Below are positions 40,487 to 51,277 of a DNA stretch of 64,000 nucleotides, one piece after another; positions within the stretch are counted from its first letter, which is position 1; every line of letters starts with the position of its first letter. The position numbers were made by a program, and so were the translations under genes. The notes beneath the pieces were generated by a model. The model made no database searches and was not told where the DNA came from. It worked only from the letters and a program-made list of their open reading frames with translations. Source of the DNA: Leptolyngbyaceae cyanobacterium (GTDB taxonomy: Bacteria > Cyanobacteriota > Cyanobacteriia > Phormidesmidales > Phormidesmidaceae); assembly GCA_965263355.1 (NCBI GenBank), contig CBDHHL010000034.1, positions 1 through 64,000 of the forward strand, read 5' to 3'.

Positions 40487-41020
40487 GTGCTATCTATGGC
40501 CACTATCCCAGACAGTTCAGGGTTACCGACAAGCGGGACAGGTGCTGGACGGAGACTTACTCGCGCTGATCTCCAGGCAATGATCGACAAATCGGTCACA
40601 AGCAGTATAGGCGAAGCGTTTCGACTCTCTGGGCAAGCTGACGAGCGGAATGCTGCTAGACTCCGAGACTTGGAAGCCAGAATGGAGACTTTAATAAAGA
40701 AAGTCTCTGACAGCAGCTCGACAATAGCAGAGATAAAGGCTGGCTACGACGAATACAGGGAATGGGGCAGCAAAGTGGCTGAGGCTGTAGCGGCCACTGA
40801 AGGCGACGCTAGAACGCTGCACAGGACCATGGAACGGGTTGATGGGCTTGTTGAGATTGCTCAGTTGTTATTGAGAGTACTAGAGCCAACAAGCAGGGCG
40901 ATCAACTGGATGATCGACCGATTGCATCGACTGGACAGGAGAACATACAGTCACAAAGATGGGGCAGATATCACCAACCTAGTGAATGGCCCCCGACGAA
41001 GAGCGAGTGATCGCGGGTAG
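40487..41020 (+). CDS. Coiled-coil hypothetical protein
   Basis: 177-aa helical ORF ending in RRRASDR. Confidence 0.55.
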   Translation: MLSMATIPDSSGLPTSGTGAGRRLTRADLQAMIDKSVTSSIGEAFRLSGQADERNAARLRDLEARMETLIKKVSDSSSTIAEIKAGYDEYREWGSKVAEAVAATEGDARTLHRTMERVDGLVEIAQLLLRVLEPTSRAINWMIDRLHRLDRRTYSHKDGADITNLVNGPRRRASDRG

Positions 41021-42066
41021 TGGCGCAGGTCGACCAAATAGGTAACCCTGGGCCATGTCGCAGCCGATTGCTTTCAACATGTCGGCCTGTTGCTGGGTTT
41101 CCACGCCTTCAGCGATAACTTTGATGCTGAGTTTTTGCGATAGCGCCACAATTGCGTCAACCATTACTCTGGATTCGCGAGCAGGCAGGCCACTAATAAT
41201 AGATCGGTCGAGCTTTACCAGGTCAACTTGGCCTTTCAGCAATCTATCGTAGCTGCAGTATCCGGTCCCAAAGTCGTCCAGGGCGATCTTTACGCCTTTC
41301 CCCTAGCTGACTGAATCCGGCTCTGAATCTCCTCAGAAACAGCCTCAGTCTCCAATATCTCCATATGCCCTCCAGTAGGCAGCTTTTGATCGTGCCAATC
41401 TGCTCTAGCTAGAGTGAACGGTGAGATATTAAAGCTGATCCACTGGCCAATCTTGCTTGAATCTGCCTGGGTTTTCTCGATCACCCAGTAGCACAGTAAA
41501 TGCTCACTGTTTGCCTTTCTCAGTAAAGGCAAGAAATCCCCTGGGAAGATTAATTCATTGTCTTTTGCCCATCTTGACAACGCCTCATAACCAACGGTCT
41601 CATCGGACCTTAGGTCAACTATCGGCTGATAATGCAGGGCAAATCCGTTGTTGTTAATTGCGTATTTTATTTCTGAAAGCCTTTGTGTTTCAACCTCTGT
41701 CAGCTCTTTGTCGCCCAGTTTACTGACTTGGGAAAAGAAATAAAGGAATTCTCCAGACTCAGAATGGAATCCTTCGCAGTGCAACGTGCAAGAAATCCAT
41801 TCTGCTGTTTGTCCATGCTTATAACGCTTTTTCAGCGTGAAAGATTTAAGTTCTCCATTGATTACGCTGCGGAATGGGTTGACCTGAGGCGTTAGATCTT
41901 CAGGATGGCTGATCTGCTGGAACGTTAGGCGCAGCAACGTTTCTCGTTGATAACCCAGTATTTCACACAGAGTCTCATTTACATCCCAGAACTTTCCGTC
42001 TGGCCCAACAATAGCAGCCCCTATCAGGCTGTTCCGTTTAAGTAGCTCTGGGATTCTATGCATCAT
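40979..42066 (-). CDS. PAS-EAL c-di-GMP phosphodiesterase split by a -1 frameshift near 41296-41302
   Basis: PAS (VN..LC..LGY, ISHPED); YQPIVDL, GYEAL.RW, FNISP, EILE; shifted frame continues IALDDFGTGY, KLDRS, IAEGVET, QGYLFGRP. Confidence 0.85.
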
Positions 42067-42228
42067 TATTAGAAATATCTAATCCTGCTTCCACATTTTG
42101 GCTGCTAGTTAAATTTTAAGCTTGGTTACGCTTTCTGTCCTCGTCGTTATTGGTTTGACGTGGTTGATAGATTATTTAGATATTGTCGATGTGGTCAAGA
42201 CACTAATCCCCTGATTGATGGTTGAGTC

Positions 42229-43357
42229 CTAGCTTGCAAGTAAATCCAATAAGCTTAGCTGTTGCTTTTTGGGGGTTTCCTCAGTCGTTGCGGTCTGTTG
42301 TTTTAGCCAGTCTAATCTAGCCTGCTGCGATACAAAGCTTTGTTCTTTGCCGACTTTGCCACGGGCTACATCTACCCAATGAGGATCAATATCAATCCCG
42401 ATAAAATGTCGTCCATGCTTTTTGGCAGCTACTAGAGTATTGCCGGAGCCGCAAAAGCAGTCTAGAACTACTGAATTAGGCTTAGAGCTAGCGTTTATGA
42501 TGTGCGCCATCATGGTCAATGGCTTCTCGCATGGATGCTTACCTGGGTAGCTTTGCACTGTCGGGAAGTCCCATATATCCGTGTAGGGTACGTCTGACGA
42601 TACGATAAACGGTCTACGTAGTTCTTCGTATTGCTGACGTAGTTCTTCGTATTGTTGACGTAGTTCTTCGTATTGTTGAAGTAACCGGGGAATGAGTCTT
42701 GGAGGGTTTTGTATTGGCGTTGAGTTAGGCCCAATTCCCATTGGTGAATTAATACCAAAATGAATGCGAGGCCATGCCCCCACCCGACTTCCCTAAGGCT
42801 AAATGTAATTTGTTTGTTTCAGATATTAGCTTATTGGCTCCTTTCTCCTATCTGGAATATGCTCGCAACGGTTCAAAAACAAACCCGCGCAACTCATCAC
42901 ACTTTGCCTGATAACCTGCTTCGCCTTTAGCTGCGTTATCTGCGCCGTAATGTTCACAAAAGATAATTGATTCCGATGCAGGGAAATAGCCTCTAAGAAT
43001 TTCTTTGCATGATGCTTTATGTCTTCCTTGTTCCTTTCGCCATCGAATATTGTTCAGCACATTAAACCGATCGCTCAACAACACCTCAACTCGTGCTGAC
43101 ATTTTTGTGCTCGCGAAACAATACAGGCTGCCATTAGGTTTTAATATGCGTTGCCATTGCGCGGCTAGCTGGTCAATCCATCTCAAGAATTCTGCTGAAT
43201 TATCCCAGGCGCGATCCCACCATTCGAATTTGCCTTTAGAACCGCCCCCTTTTACCTTAAAAAAAGGCGGGTCAGTTGCTATTAGATCAATGCTGCTATC
43301 AGGGATGCCGTTCATCACTTCCAAGCAATCGCCTTGAATAACTTGATTTAATTCCAT
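42229..43357 (-). pseudogene. N6/N4 DNA methyltransferase (beta class) interrupted by stops and several indels at ~42680-42850
   Basis: DLIATDPPFF in the 5' part; HPCEKP and VLDCFCGSG in the 3' part; linker broken across frames. Confidence 0.8.
42616..42678 (-). repeat. 21-bp tandem repeat x3 encoding QQYEELR
   Basis: ACGTAGTTCTTCGTATTG(C/T)TG three times. Confidence 0.9.
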
Positions 43358-43361
43358 ATCA

Positions 43362-45446
43362 TCAAAAATACCTAATCCTGCTTCCACCAACCGGGCCGCG
43401 TGGAAGTGCCAATATCCGTTTATCCCATTGTGTTCGCATCGCAGTCCAGTTGGGAGGGGTGATCGACCGATTGCTTCCGATGCTGCCCACCCCAGTCCCC
43501 CCAGATCGGCTTAGATCGCCCTGAAGAATATTGCCTGAAAACTGCGGGTCTTCCTGATAGCTGTTGTCATCGAGCAGAGCTTTACCCAGGCTGTTCCAGT
43601 TGGTTAGCCCATTGTATTGGACGTTGTCGATTAGCACGCTCGGAGTACTGTCTGTACTGTCCCACAAAATATTGTTATCGGCGGTTATGAAGTCGCCTGT
43701 GTTGACCGCTTCGTAGAGGTTCCCGTCGCCTTGCAGGATGCTGTCCCTGATGTCTGGCAAGCTAAATGCAAAAGAGCCGGTGTGATATTTGACGACAGGT
43801 TCATTGTCCAGCTGCGTCGTGGTGACATTCCTAACTGTAGTGGTTCCGTTTCTGCCCCAAAACAAAGCTGTGTCCACGCTAGTCAGTGAGCCTACAACGG
43901 CGTTGCGGACTGTTGTGTTTGCAGTAGCTGAGTTTAGATTATTCCTGACGATGTATCCGTCAGTGCCGCCATTGATAGCCATGAGCCCATCAACCTCTAT
44001 CGACTCGTGCCCAGAGAGCACAACCTGGACGTAGCCATCAAAATAGCAATCTTGGATGTCCAGCTTTTCGCAGTCGTCAGCCTGAACTCCTCTTGTCCCG
44101 TTCAGTGCATAGCAATCTTTGACCAATAGTTTTTTGAGATCATCAGTCCCATTGCTGGCATGGCAAAAGAAGCTAGCGCCTGTGCTGAGTGTGTTGGGCG
44201 AATCTACAACGCAGCCTAGATAGGCATTCAACGCGGGCTCGTCATTGCTGCTTTTGAATATGACAGCAGGAGTACTAGACGGGATGCGAGAGTCGTTAGC
44301 AATGTGGTCTTTGTAAAAAGCGCAATTCTCGAATATGCCCGATCCGATTTGCGCAAAATGGCTGTTCCCAAACTTGAAAAGACAATTTCTTACAATTGTC
44401 CCTCTAGCAGTAAAATACAGAGCGCCATTATCTCCAGTAGCAGTATCAATCTGGAAGCCATCAACGATGGACCCGTCGCCAGCGTTGTGAAACGCATACT
44501 GCCTAACCCCGCACTCATAGACTTTCCCATTAGTGCGGACATCAGAGCTGTCAGAAGCGTGGATATACAGTGGAATTGTTGCTGCTGAGTTGGCATTTAC
44601 ATTGTCATGACCGGTGTATGTGTAGCTTCCCGCAGTCGTTTGACATGTCGCCACATCAGCCACGTACGTCAGTAGTTCGTCGTCCTCGATAACAATTGGG
44701 AACGATTCAATTGCAGTGATCGTGTGACTGATGTTGATCGTCCATGCATTACTGCTTGCATCGCTGAAGTTGGCGTTAGTCAGTACGTCAGCTGTTGTGA
44801 TTCGCGGCAGTGGACGGTCTATTGATTCAGCCCGAATTGTTAGCCGTTTCCCGCCAAGATCGCACTCTTCCCTAAATGTGCTGTTACTCCCATCAGCCGT
44901 ATTGCGAACAACGATAGTATCGCCGTCAGACGATGCTGCAATCGCTGCTGAAATAGTGGCATAAGGGGCATAGTAATTCCCTGCTATCCCATCAGCAAAA
45001 CTATCGTTGCCAATAGCAGCGCTGACAAACACTGCAGTGGAGTCAATATTCAACGTCGCTTCTACTGCTGCTGTGGGGGCTGTGATCGTAAAGTTACCAG
45101 TGAAATCAGTGTCATCATCGCCTGCGATTTTTACCCCTCCAATGATGCTGGCGGCTTCCCAGCTGACCAGCACGTCGGTCGTGGAGTTATTGAGTAGCGT
45201 GGCCTTATGAGTGGGGCTGATTAGTGCAGACCATTCTTGCTTGTTTGCGTTGTCGACAACCTTGGTCAGACCGTCGCCTTCAGTTAAAGTTACAACTTGA
45301 GAACCAGCTGTGAGGGTTAATTCGAACCCAGCATTTAGCAATGAATCTTCTGTTTTGCGGACCAGGAAAACTTTTTTGCTGCCATATCGCCAACTGACGA
45401 TAGATCCGTTAAACAATTTATCGGTAGTGCAGACCATCAACAACAA
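43362..45446 (-). CDS. Right-handed beta-helix (pectin-lyase-like) virion protein, possible depolymerase
   Basis: VFVS...GND....G....PYATISAAI.....GDTIVV motif, Asn/Asp-rich repeats, EDPQF. Confidence 0.7.
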   Translation of the reverse strand: MLLMVCTTDKLFNGSIVSWRYGSKKVFLVRKTEDSLLNAGFELTLTAGSQVVTLTEGDGLTKVVDNANKQEWSALISPTHKATLLNNSTTDVLVSWEAASIIGGVKIAGDDDTDFTGNFTITAPTAAVEATLNIDSTAVFVSAAIGNDSFADGIAGNYYAPYATISAAIAASSDGDTIVVRNTADGSNSTFREECDLGGKRLTIRAESIDRPLPRITTADVLTNANFSDASSNAWTINISHTITAIESFPIVIEDDELLTYVADVATCQTTAGSYTYTGHDNVNANSAATIPLYIHASDSSDVRTNGKVYECGVRQYAFHNAGDGSIVDGFQIDTATGDNGALYFTARGTIVRNCLFKFGNSHFAQIGSGIFENCAFYKDHIANDSRIPSSTPAVIFKSSNDEPALNAYLGCVVDSPNTLSTGASFFCHASNGTDDLKKLLVKDCYALNGTRGVQADDCEKLDIQDCYFDGYVQVVLSGHESIEVDGLMAINGGTDGYIVRNNLNSATANTTVRNAVVGSLTSVDTALFWGRNGTTTVRNVTTTQLDNEPVVKYHTGSFAFSLPDIRDSILQGDGNLYEAVNTGDFITADNNILWDSTDSTPSVLIDNVQYNGLTNWNSLGKALLDDNSYQEDPQFSGNILQGDLSRSGGTGVGSIGSNRSITPPNWTAMRTQWDKRILALPRGPVGGSRIRYF

Positions 45447-45721
45447 TCCTCCGCTAATAGATCGGGTTCAGCGTCAAGCGCTGATGCCGCAGGCTCAACT
45501 CCCACAAAAAAGCTGATCGGATCTCCTGCTATGGCAGCAATTCCAGGGCCATTGTCCAAAACGAATAACAGCGGGCTCCCGTCAGCAGCTAGCAGTCTTG
45601 GAGCGCATATGACGCGGTTGTCGAAGGCAGCGATAAAATCTCCCAGGATTCCCCGAGAGATAGTACTCAGCCCGCCGAAGCCAACACCCCTTCTGATTGT
45701 ACTTAATCCGTTTGGCATCAT
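45437..45721 (-). CDS. Small hypothetical virion-operon protein
   Basis: Overlaps both neighbours. Confidence 0.5.
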   Translation of the reverse strand: MMPNGLSTIRRGVGFGGLSTISRGILGDFIAAFDNRVICAPRLLAADGSPLLFVLDNGPGIAAIAGDPISFFVGVEPAASALDAEPDLLAEDCC

Positions 45722-48700
45722 GCCCCCTGCACTGTGTAACTATCACTCCCGTTGTCTGTGATAGTAGTCGACCCGTCGCCGTCACTGACCGTGATGGCCG
45801 TTGGCGTGTGTGTCGCTGTTACGCCAGAAACCAACCCTAGTTGTTTGGCCATAGGGCGCGTGTGCCCAAGAATAAGCCCAACATTTGATTGGATGGTTGA
45901 TATATCAATCAGATCGTTGGGGGCTTGTCCAGCTGCATAGCCTCCAACCGTAACCGTGCCCCCCATGGCCCCGGTCGTTACTTGTCCGCTGCCGTCAATA
46001 GCCAGTAGGGCAAAGTTGCTTGGGAAAGCCTGAGTGAGACTATAGCCGGATTTATCATTGTTGGTGGCCACGATAACTTGGTCCGACGCGTGGTTGAACG
46101 TACTTAACCCAGACACGTCAGCAGTGGCCCATGAGGCATTGCCTTGAGTGAGAATGCTGTTTATGTCTGTTGTCAGCTCTGCTCGCGTTGGTGGATTATA
46201 GGCATTCAATGAGGAGGTTGCAGCCGTTTGAACATCAGCGCTGGAGAGGTTATTGAATGATGCCGGGAATGTAACGCCTGTAACACCCCCTACATCGCCC
46301 GACACTGACCCGGTGGTGGTCACATTGGCAACCGTATCCGCAGCAGGGTCAAAATAATCTGCTGAAGCCAGCGTGCGGGCGTTAAATTCCGATACTGTTG
46401 GAATATCTCCTAGCTGAGTGTCTAAATTAGCAGACGACAGACCAACGGCTGTTCTGATATCTGTCTGAGATAAGTTGTTAAGTGCTGAAATCGATACAGG
46501 GATGTCTGTTCCGGTATCGGCAAGAATGGCGGCTAACTGAGTGCTGTTGGCGTCTATCTCGGCTCGTACGTCAGCAGCACTGTGGGAGCTAAAGCCAGTA
46601 GCTTTAAATGCGTCCTCTCGGCTTGAACTGGTGAAATAAGTGTAGATTGTGGCGGCATCATCTCCACCCCCACCTCCTGATGGGGCCTGCTCAAGAGCAT
46701 TTGCTGTGAATCGGTAAATCACTCCGTCTAGTTCTGTCAGGTCATCCAGCTTTGCCAAAGTGGCGGCCTCCCCAGATGTCAGTCCGCTCACTCCTGTCTC
46801 GACGGTAGCGCCTGTCCCTAAGGCAAGGGCATTGAAAGCAATCCCACCACTACCTGTTTGTGGCTGGGCCAGAAGAGACGATCCGTCGATTGTCCTCGCA
46901 ATTCCTCCAACGATAGCTAATGGGGTAGAGCTGATGTTGTCAAATTGAAGGTTTTTTAGATCAAACGTCCTGAGGTTTACTGCGGTGAATGTGTCAGCGT
47001 TCACTAGCCGTATCCCGGATTCGGTCGACGTAACAAACACTCCCCAGGCGTATAGATCTTGCCAAATAGCAATACCATCGGAGTCATTTGAATTTACTTG
47101 GAGCCTCCCTCCTCCGCCTTCCAAGACAAGGCCATAAACAGAGGATAAAGAGGAGCCATCGTTAGTAGGGGTAACGCTTGTCACGCCTACTCCGCTTGCG
47201 TTTTTGATTTCTCCATCTAACTCCAGGTTGGTCAGGCTGATTATTCTGTTATGAATCGTATCGACTTCGCTAGAAACGTTGACAACTTGAGGGTCGGACA
47301 CTCCAGCAGTCGCGCTCCAAGTAAAACGCTGAATAAATAATGGGGTTGCCGTTGTTGTTCCGCTGTTATCCCAATAGATAGCCTTTCTTAGCACGCTAGT
47401 ACCATTAGAAAGAGACAGTGTTTGAAATACGCCACTACCTCCACTCACTGATGCGTTATACAGCTCAGTCTCAGCAGCTGCTGTAAAGACAGAGCCGCTA
47501 CTATCTGTTCCTTGATCAGAGAATGAGATCGGATTGCCTGGGATGTCAGATTCAGCGGAGAATAGTTGCATGTCTCCGCTTGACACTGTGGCATAGTATC
47601 GCCCCCCATCCACAATCTGGGGCGATGTTGTGGGCATCGTTGCTCCAGACGTTAGATTGACGTGAACGGTTGTATACGGACTGGCACTCGCAAAGGCCGC
47701 CGCGTCACCATTGTTGTCATTCCCCAATGTAATATCGTTGTCAGCTGTATTGATATCTGCTGCTGCGACTGTGAACGTCTGCTCATGGGCGAGAAAGAAC
47801 CTTGATCCATCAGCTACGTTTGCCGCACTAAACCCTACTGGTGGCGCTGGGTACGGGCGCTCTGTTCCTCCAACGTCAACAGGGATGTGTGTCAACTGAG
47901 CCGCGATAGCAAAACTATCAACTACTCCGCCGGTCGCCATTATCAAATCACTGCCTCTTGTCGTAGCGATTCGGTCAGCTACCCTGCCTGTCCTGTTTGC
48001 GGAACCTGCGTCAATGTCAACGTCCTGTCGAACCAACCAGAACAGATAAGCTGTCATCTGTTCCAGGGTTCCGTTATTGGCATCATAAATAATGTTAAAG
48101 GCATAATAGCTTCCATCAATTTGCCGCTCTCCAGAGTACGCGGCCCAAGTTACGCCAGTGTCATCCCCTACCCCTGTCCCCGACGAGGTGCCTCCGGCAG
48201 TTGTTATATACCATCGCCCTCCATCGCTAACCACTGCATTAGCTGCATAGACAGTGCTGTTAGCCCATGCAGTAAATCCAGTGCCATCCAAATAAGTGAC
48301 TGACATCCCATCAAAAGGCGCTATATCTGCCGCCCCATCACTGTTAGCGTCAATAGCTGTGTCCGCAATCGTGATATTTGGATTTGCTGTTGTTGTTAGT
48401 GGAATAAAATAACGTTGAGGATTGAGGCTGGATAAATCTTGTTCTGCTGCCAGGTCGTAAGTGACCGTATTTTCTCCCTGAGCCCTGATAGAGAGTTTCA
48501 AAAAAGTTCTTAGGTCAAAATTCCCATTGCTAGCATCACCAAAAACCTGAACTAGTTGATTAGGAAGCCCGCTATTAATGGCCTCTACAATAGTTGGATT
48601 GGTTACGTCAGATTGCCAGTAGTAGGGCGTTGCGGCTGTTGCTAAGTTACCTAAGCCCGTAATATTTAGCCACTCAATTTCTAGTGCATTGGCTGCTGAA

Positions 48701-50859
48701 TACTGCGCCAACCCTCCATCACGAATCAGATCTCTAGTTGTGTTGTCTTTTAGATGCCATCCACGACGCAGCTCAAACTCCCCAGCTGTCGCAGATATGG
48801 CCACGACTGGATCGTGATAAGGCATCAACTCATCATTGGCATATCGAGATTCAATAATGAAGCTATACAGGTTTTGCAGACTAATCCCTGTTGGCTGTGA
48901 AAGATTATTTCCTGTTGCAAGCTGTATCTCTACGTTTGCAGTGTCCAGCCATAAGTCAGCACTAACTCCAATGCCTGAGCCATCTAGCGTAATATCGTAA
49001 GCTCCCGCTGTAGCTGAGTAGTTGATGTCAGCAGTTTGTTCAACTGGGAGAGTAGCGCTACTAGACGGATAAATGTAGTTATTAATAAATACTGATTTTT
49101 GCCCAGGATTGACAATATAAATGTCGTATCCTTGGCTGTTTGTTCCCGTACTGAACGAGAAGCTAGTGCCTGAACTGTTTACGCCATCAACTAACGTTGT
49201 AGTGCCTGTGTCATATATTTTCAGGCGACTACCTGATATCAATGGTGAAATTGTGACGGCAACTGTAGGAGCGACAATATTGATTGTCCCAGCCCCCGTA
49301 GTTATTATCCCTGGGTCAGACGCCACGGTAACGGTGGCAGTGCCTGAGTCTAGGTTAAGTGTTGAGCCTGAAGCAAAAGTAAATGCTTGGAGATCATAGG
49401 TGCCTGCGGCTAGATTTATGGTGCTAGCCGCAGGAGCAAGAATACTTTCAAATGTCGTGCCCGCAGCAAAGGTTCCGTTGTATCCGCTGATGTCTAACGT
49501 TAAAGAACCTAGGCTTACGCTAGCACCCACAGCATTCAACAAAAGCTGGTTTATAGCTGGGAATTTGTCAAGAAAATTGTCGCGCTTCCATGCTTTAGCT
49601 TTATCAAACAAGGCATCAGGGTTAGAGGGGAACCCTGTAGTCAGGGTAATTGTTGAAGTTCCTGTGTCTACAGCAAACCCTGTGTAGCCATCAACAATAG
49701 ACTTGTCAGATTCTGTAATAGAAGGGTCATCAAGCAGTACCCAGTTTATATCTAAATCCCCTGAGCCCTTAAAAGCTTCAGAAGTGATTAAACCTCCACT
49801 AAATAAGTGTTCATAGGAGATAGTATAAACATCAAAAATATCGGTACTATTAGAATTTTTACTATAGTAAGTAGTAGTCAAGCTTCCGCTATTCAGAACC
49901 CAATTAACTAGTTGTGCTGAGATGGTTGGGGTTTCACCTGAAGAATCTGTCGTAGCTGAATAGTCTGTATTGCCAGTTATGGCCACAAAAGCACTTTCTA
50001 CTGGGTTTGCACTGGCGTCACTTATAGACACATTTACATCTTTGAAAACATTTGCTATCCAGGATCGGCCACTTGTACTAATAAAGCTATAGTCAGACCC
50101 ATTCGTAGCATTAGTGACATTCAGAGTCGGCTTATTGATTGTACTGGTGCGCCCAAAAGTAATCAGCCCCATACCAGTTTCTAGCGAAGGAATATCCCGG
50201 ATGTTATAAACAGAGCCTGCGGGGGTAGACGACGAGATACCAAAGTAGGCCGTAGCCTTAATAGCCACGTTTTGCCAGAGGAGCGCATTGCCAACTAAGA
50301 AAAAACCAACAGAGTCGCTGTCACTCAGAATAGTGGAGGAATCCAGCGAAAAGTCCCCGTACCAATAGTAATTACTTGCTGCGACAAAAGAGTGTTCTAG
50401 GGTTACTGCTGAGCCAGCAAGTGCTTGGAAGCCTCCTGTGATTGTTATTGCTGAGCCGTAGCAATTGAGAATCCCTTCTATACGAATTATTCTTTCTGAC
50501 CTGCTAATTAGCGCTGAACCGCTAGTGCTAGTACTTTGAAGTATTGATGGGATATATCTGTTCTGTCGATAATCGGCGCTGTTAGACTCTTGGGCACCTA
50601 CGTTCAGGGTGCCTGTCGTTGCAACTTGAATAACTATTTCTGAGTCATTCGGAGGCTGTATTTCCAAGCTTTCTCCAGGGGGGATCGTCAATGTCCCTTC
50701 GACAATTAGTTGAGCCCCAGATGCTAGTATCCATACGTCCCCAAACCCTTTGACTTCTTTCGTTACAGCTTCTAACGACTCTAGCCCAGATAAAGAAGTG
50801 TCTGTCCCTGTTTGGGTTATTTCAGCAGAAGCACCAGTCCCAGTTTGGGCAAAAGTCAT
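45718..50859 (-). CDS. Very large (~1710 aa) Ser/Thr/Gly-rich virion fibre/appendage protein
   Basis: Beta-rich composition, AWANSTVYAANAVVS.GG.WY carbohydrate-binding-like module, helical repeats at C-terminus. Confidence 0.65.
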   Translation of the reverse strand: MTFAQTGTGASAEITQTGTDTSLSGLESLEAVTKEVKGFGDVWILASGAQLIVEGTLTIPPGESLEIQPPNDSEIVIQVATTGTLNVGAQESNSADYRQNRYIPSILQSTSTSGSALISRSERIIRIEGILNCYGSAITITGGFQALAGSAVTLEHSFVAASNYYWYGDFSLDSSTILSDSDSVGFFLVGNALLWQNVAIKATAYFGISSSTPAGSVYNIRDIPSLETGMGLITFGRTSTINKPTLNVTNATNGSDYSFISTSGRSWIANVFKDVNVSISDASANPVESAFVAITGNTDYSATTDSSGETPTISAQLVNWVLNSGSLTTTYYSKNSNSTDIFDVYTISYEHLFSGGLITSEAFKGSGDLDINWVLLDDPSITESDKSIVDGYTGFAVDTGTSTITLTTGFPSNPDALFDKAKAWKRDNFLDKFPAINQLLLNAVGASVSLGSLTLDISGYNGTFAAGTTFESILAPAASTINLAAGTYDLQAFTFASGSTLNLDSGTATVTVASDPGIITTGAGTINIVAPTVAVTISPLISGSRLKIYDTGTTTLVDGVNSSGTSFSFSTGTNSQGYDIYIVNPGQKSVFINNYIYPSSSATLPVEQTADINYSATAGAYDITLDGSGIGVSADLWLDTANVEIQLATGNNLSQPTGISLQNLYSFIIESRYANDELMPYHDPVVAISATAGEFELRRGWHLKDNTTRDLIRDGGLAQYSAANALEIEWLNITGLGNLATAATPYYWQSDVTNPTIVEAINSGLPNQLVQVFGDASNGNFDLRTFLKLSIRAQGENTVTYDLAAEQDLSSLNPQRYFIPLTTTANPNITIADTAIDANSDGAADIAPFDGMSVTYLDGTGFTAWANSTVYAANAVVSDGGRWYITTAGGTSSGTGVGDDTGVTWAAYSGERQIDGSYYAFNIIYDANNGTLEQMTAYLFWLVRQDVDIDAGSANRTGRVADRIATTRGSDLIMATGGVVDSFAIAAQLTHIPVDVGGTERPYPAPPVGFSAANVADGSRFFLAHEQTFTVAAADINTADNDITLGNDNNGDAAAFASASPYTTVHVNLTSGATMPTTSPQIVDGGRYYATVSSGDMQLFSAESDIPGNPISFSDQGTDSSGSVFTAAAETELYNASVSGGSGVFQTLSLSNGTSVLRKAIYWDNSGTTTATPLFIQRFTWSATAGVSDPQVVNVSSEVDTIHNRIISLTNLELDGEIKNASGVGVTSVTPTNDGSSLSSVYGLVLEGGGGRLQVNSNDSDGIAIWQDLYAWGVFVTSTESGIRLVNADTFTAVNLRTFDLKNLQFDNISSTPLAIVGGIARTIDGSSLLAQPQTGSGGIAFNALALGTGATVETGVSGLTSGEAATLAKLDDLTELDGVIYRFTANALEQAPSGGGGGDDAATIYTYFTSSSREDAFKATGFSSHSAADVRAEIDANSTQLAAILADTGTDIPVSISALNNLSQTDIRTAVGLSSANLDTQLGDIPTVSEFNARTLASADYFDPAADTVANVTTTGSVSGDVGGVTGVTFPASFNNLSSADVQTAATSSLNAYNPPTRAELTTDINSILTQGNASWATADVSGLSTFNHASDQVIVATNNDKSGYSLTQAFPSNFALLAIDGSGQVTTGAMGGTVTVGGYAAGQAPNDLIDISTIQSNVGLILGHTRPMAKQLGLVSGVTATHTPTAITVSDGDGSTTITDNGSDSYTVQGA

Positions 50860-51275
50860 AGCGCAACCTCCCAAATCCACCAATAAGTATGCCACCAGGT
50901 CACCTCTTTAACGTCAGTGGCATTAGCGTTGTAAGCGCCCAAACAAATCACTTTGTCTGTTGTACTTTCAGATAGGTCGATTCGCCCCGCACCAGTAGTA
51001 CTGCGGAGTGTGTTGTTGTTGTCTGTTTGGCCAGTCCCGTCACTCTGGTAGTTTTCTAATGCATCCGAGTGGGGGGAGGGGTCATCATTCGTGACGTGAG
51101 CGTCAAATTTATCTCGGTCCATGATTCCAATATCGATATACTCAGAATCGCCAAAATTTTGGAATGCTAAGTCGTATTGAAACTCGTATATAACCCACTC
51201 CCCAATTGCGGTCAGGTTCGTGTCAATAGTTTGCTCTATTGTTTTTGAACTTGAGAACGACCTATTTGCACTCAT
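50856..51275 (-). CDS. Hypothetical virion protein
   Basis: Likely start MSANRSF; ATGA overlap with next gene. Confidence 0.5.
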   Translation of the reverse strand: MSANRSFSSSKTIEQTIDTNLTAIGEWVIYEFQYDLAFQNFGDSEYIDIGIMDRDKFDAHVTNDDPSPHSDALENYQSDGTGQTDNNNTLRSTTGAGRIDLSESTTDKVICLGAYNANATDVKEVTWWHTYWWIWEVAL

Positions 51276-51277
51276 GG

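Noticed and set aside
42616..42678. Second CRISPR-like array
   Set aside because: Tandem 21-mers without spacers, coding QQYEELR in frame
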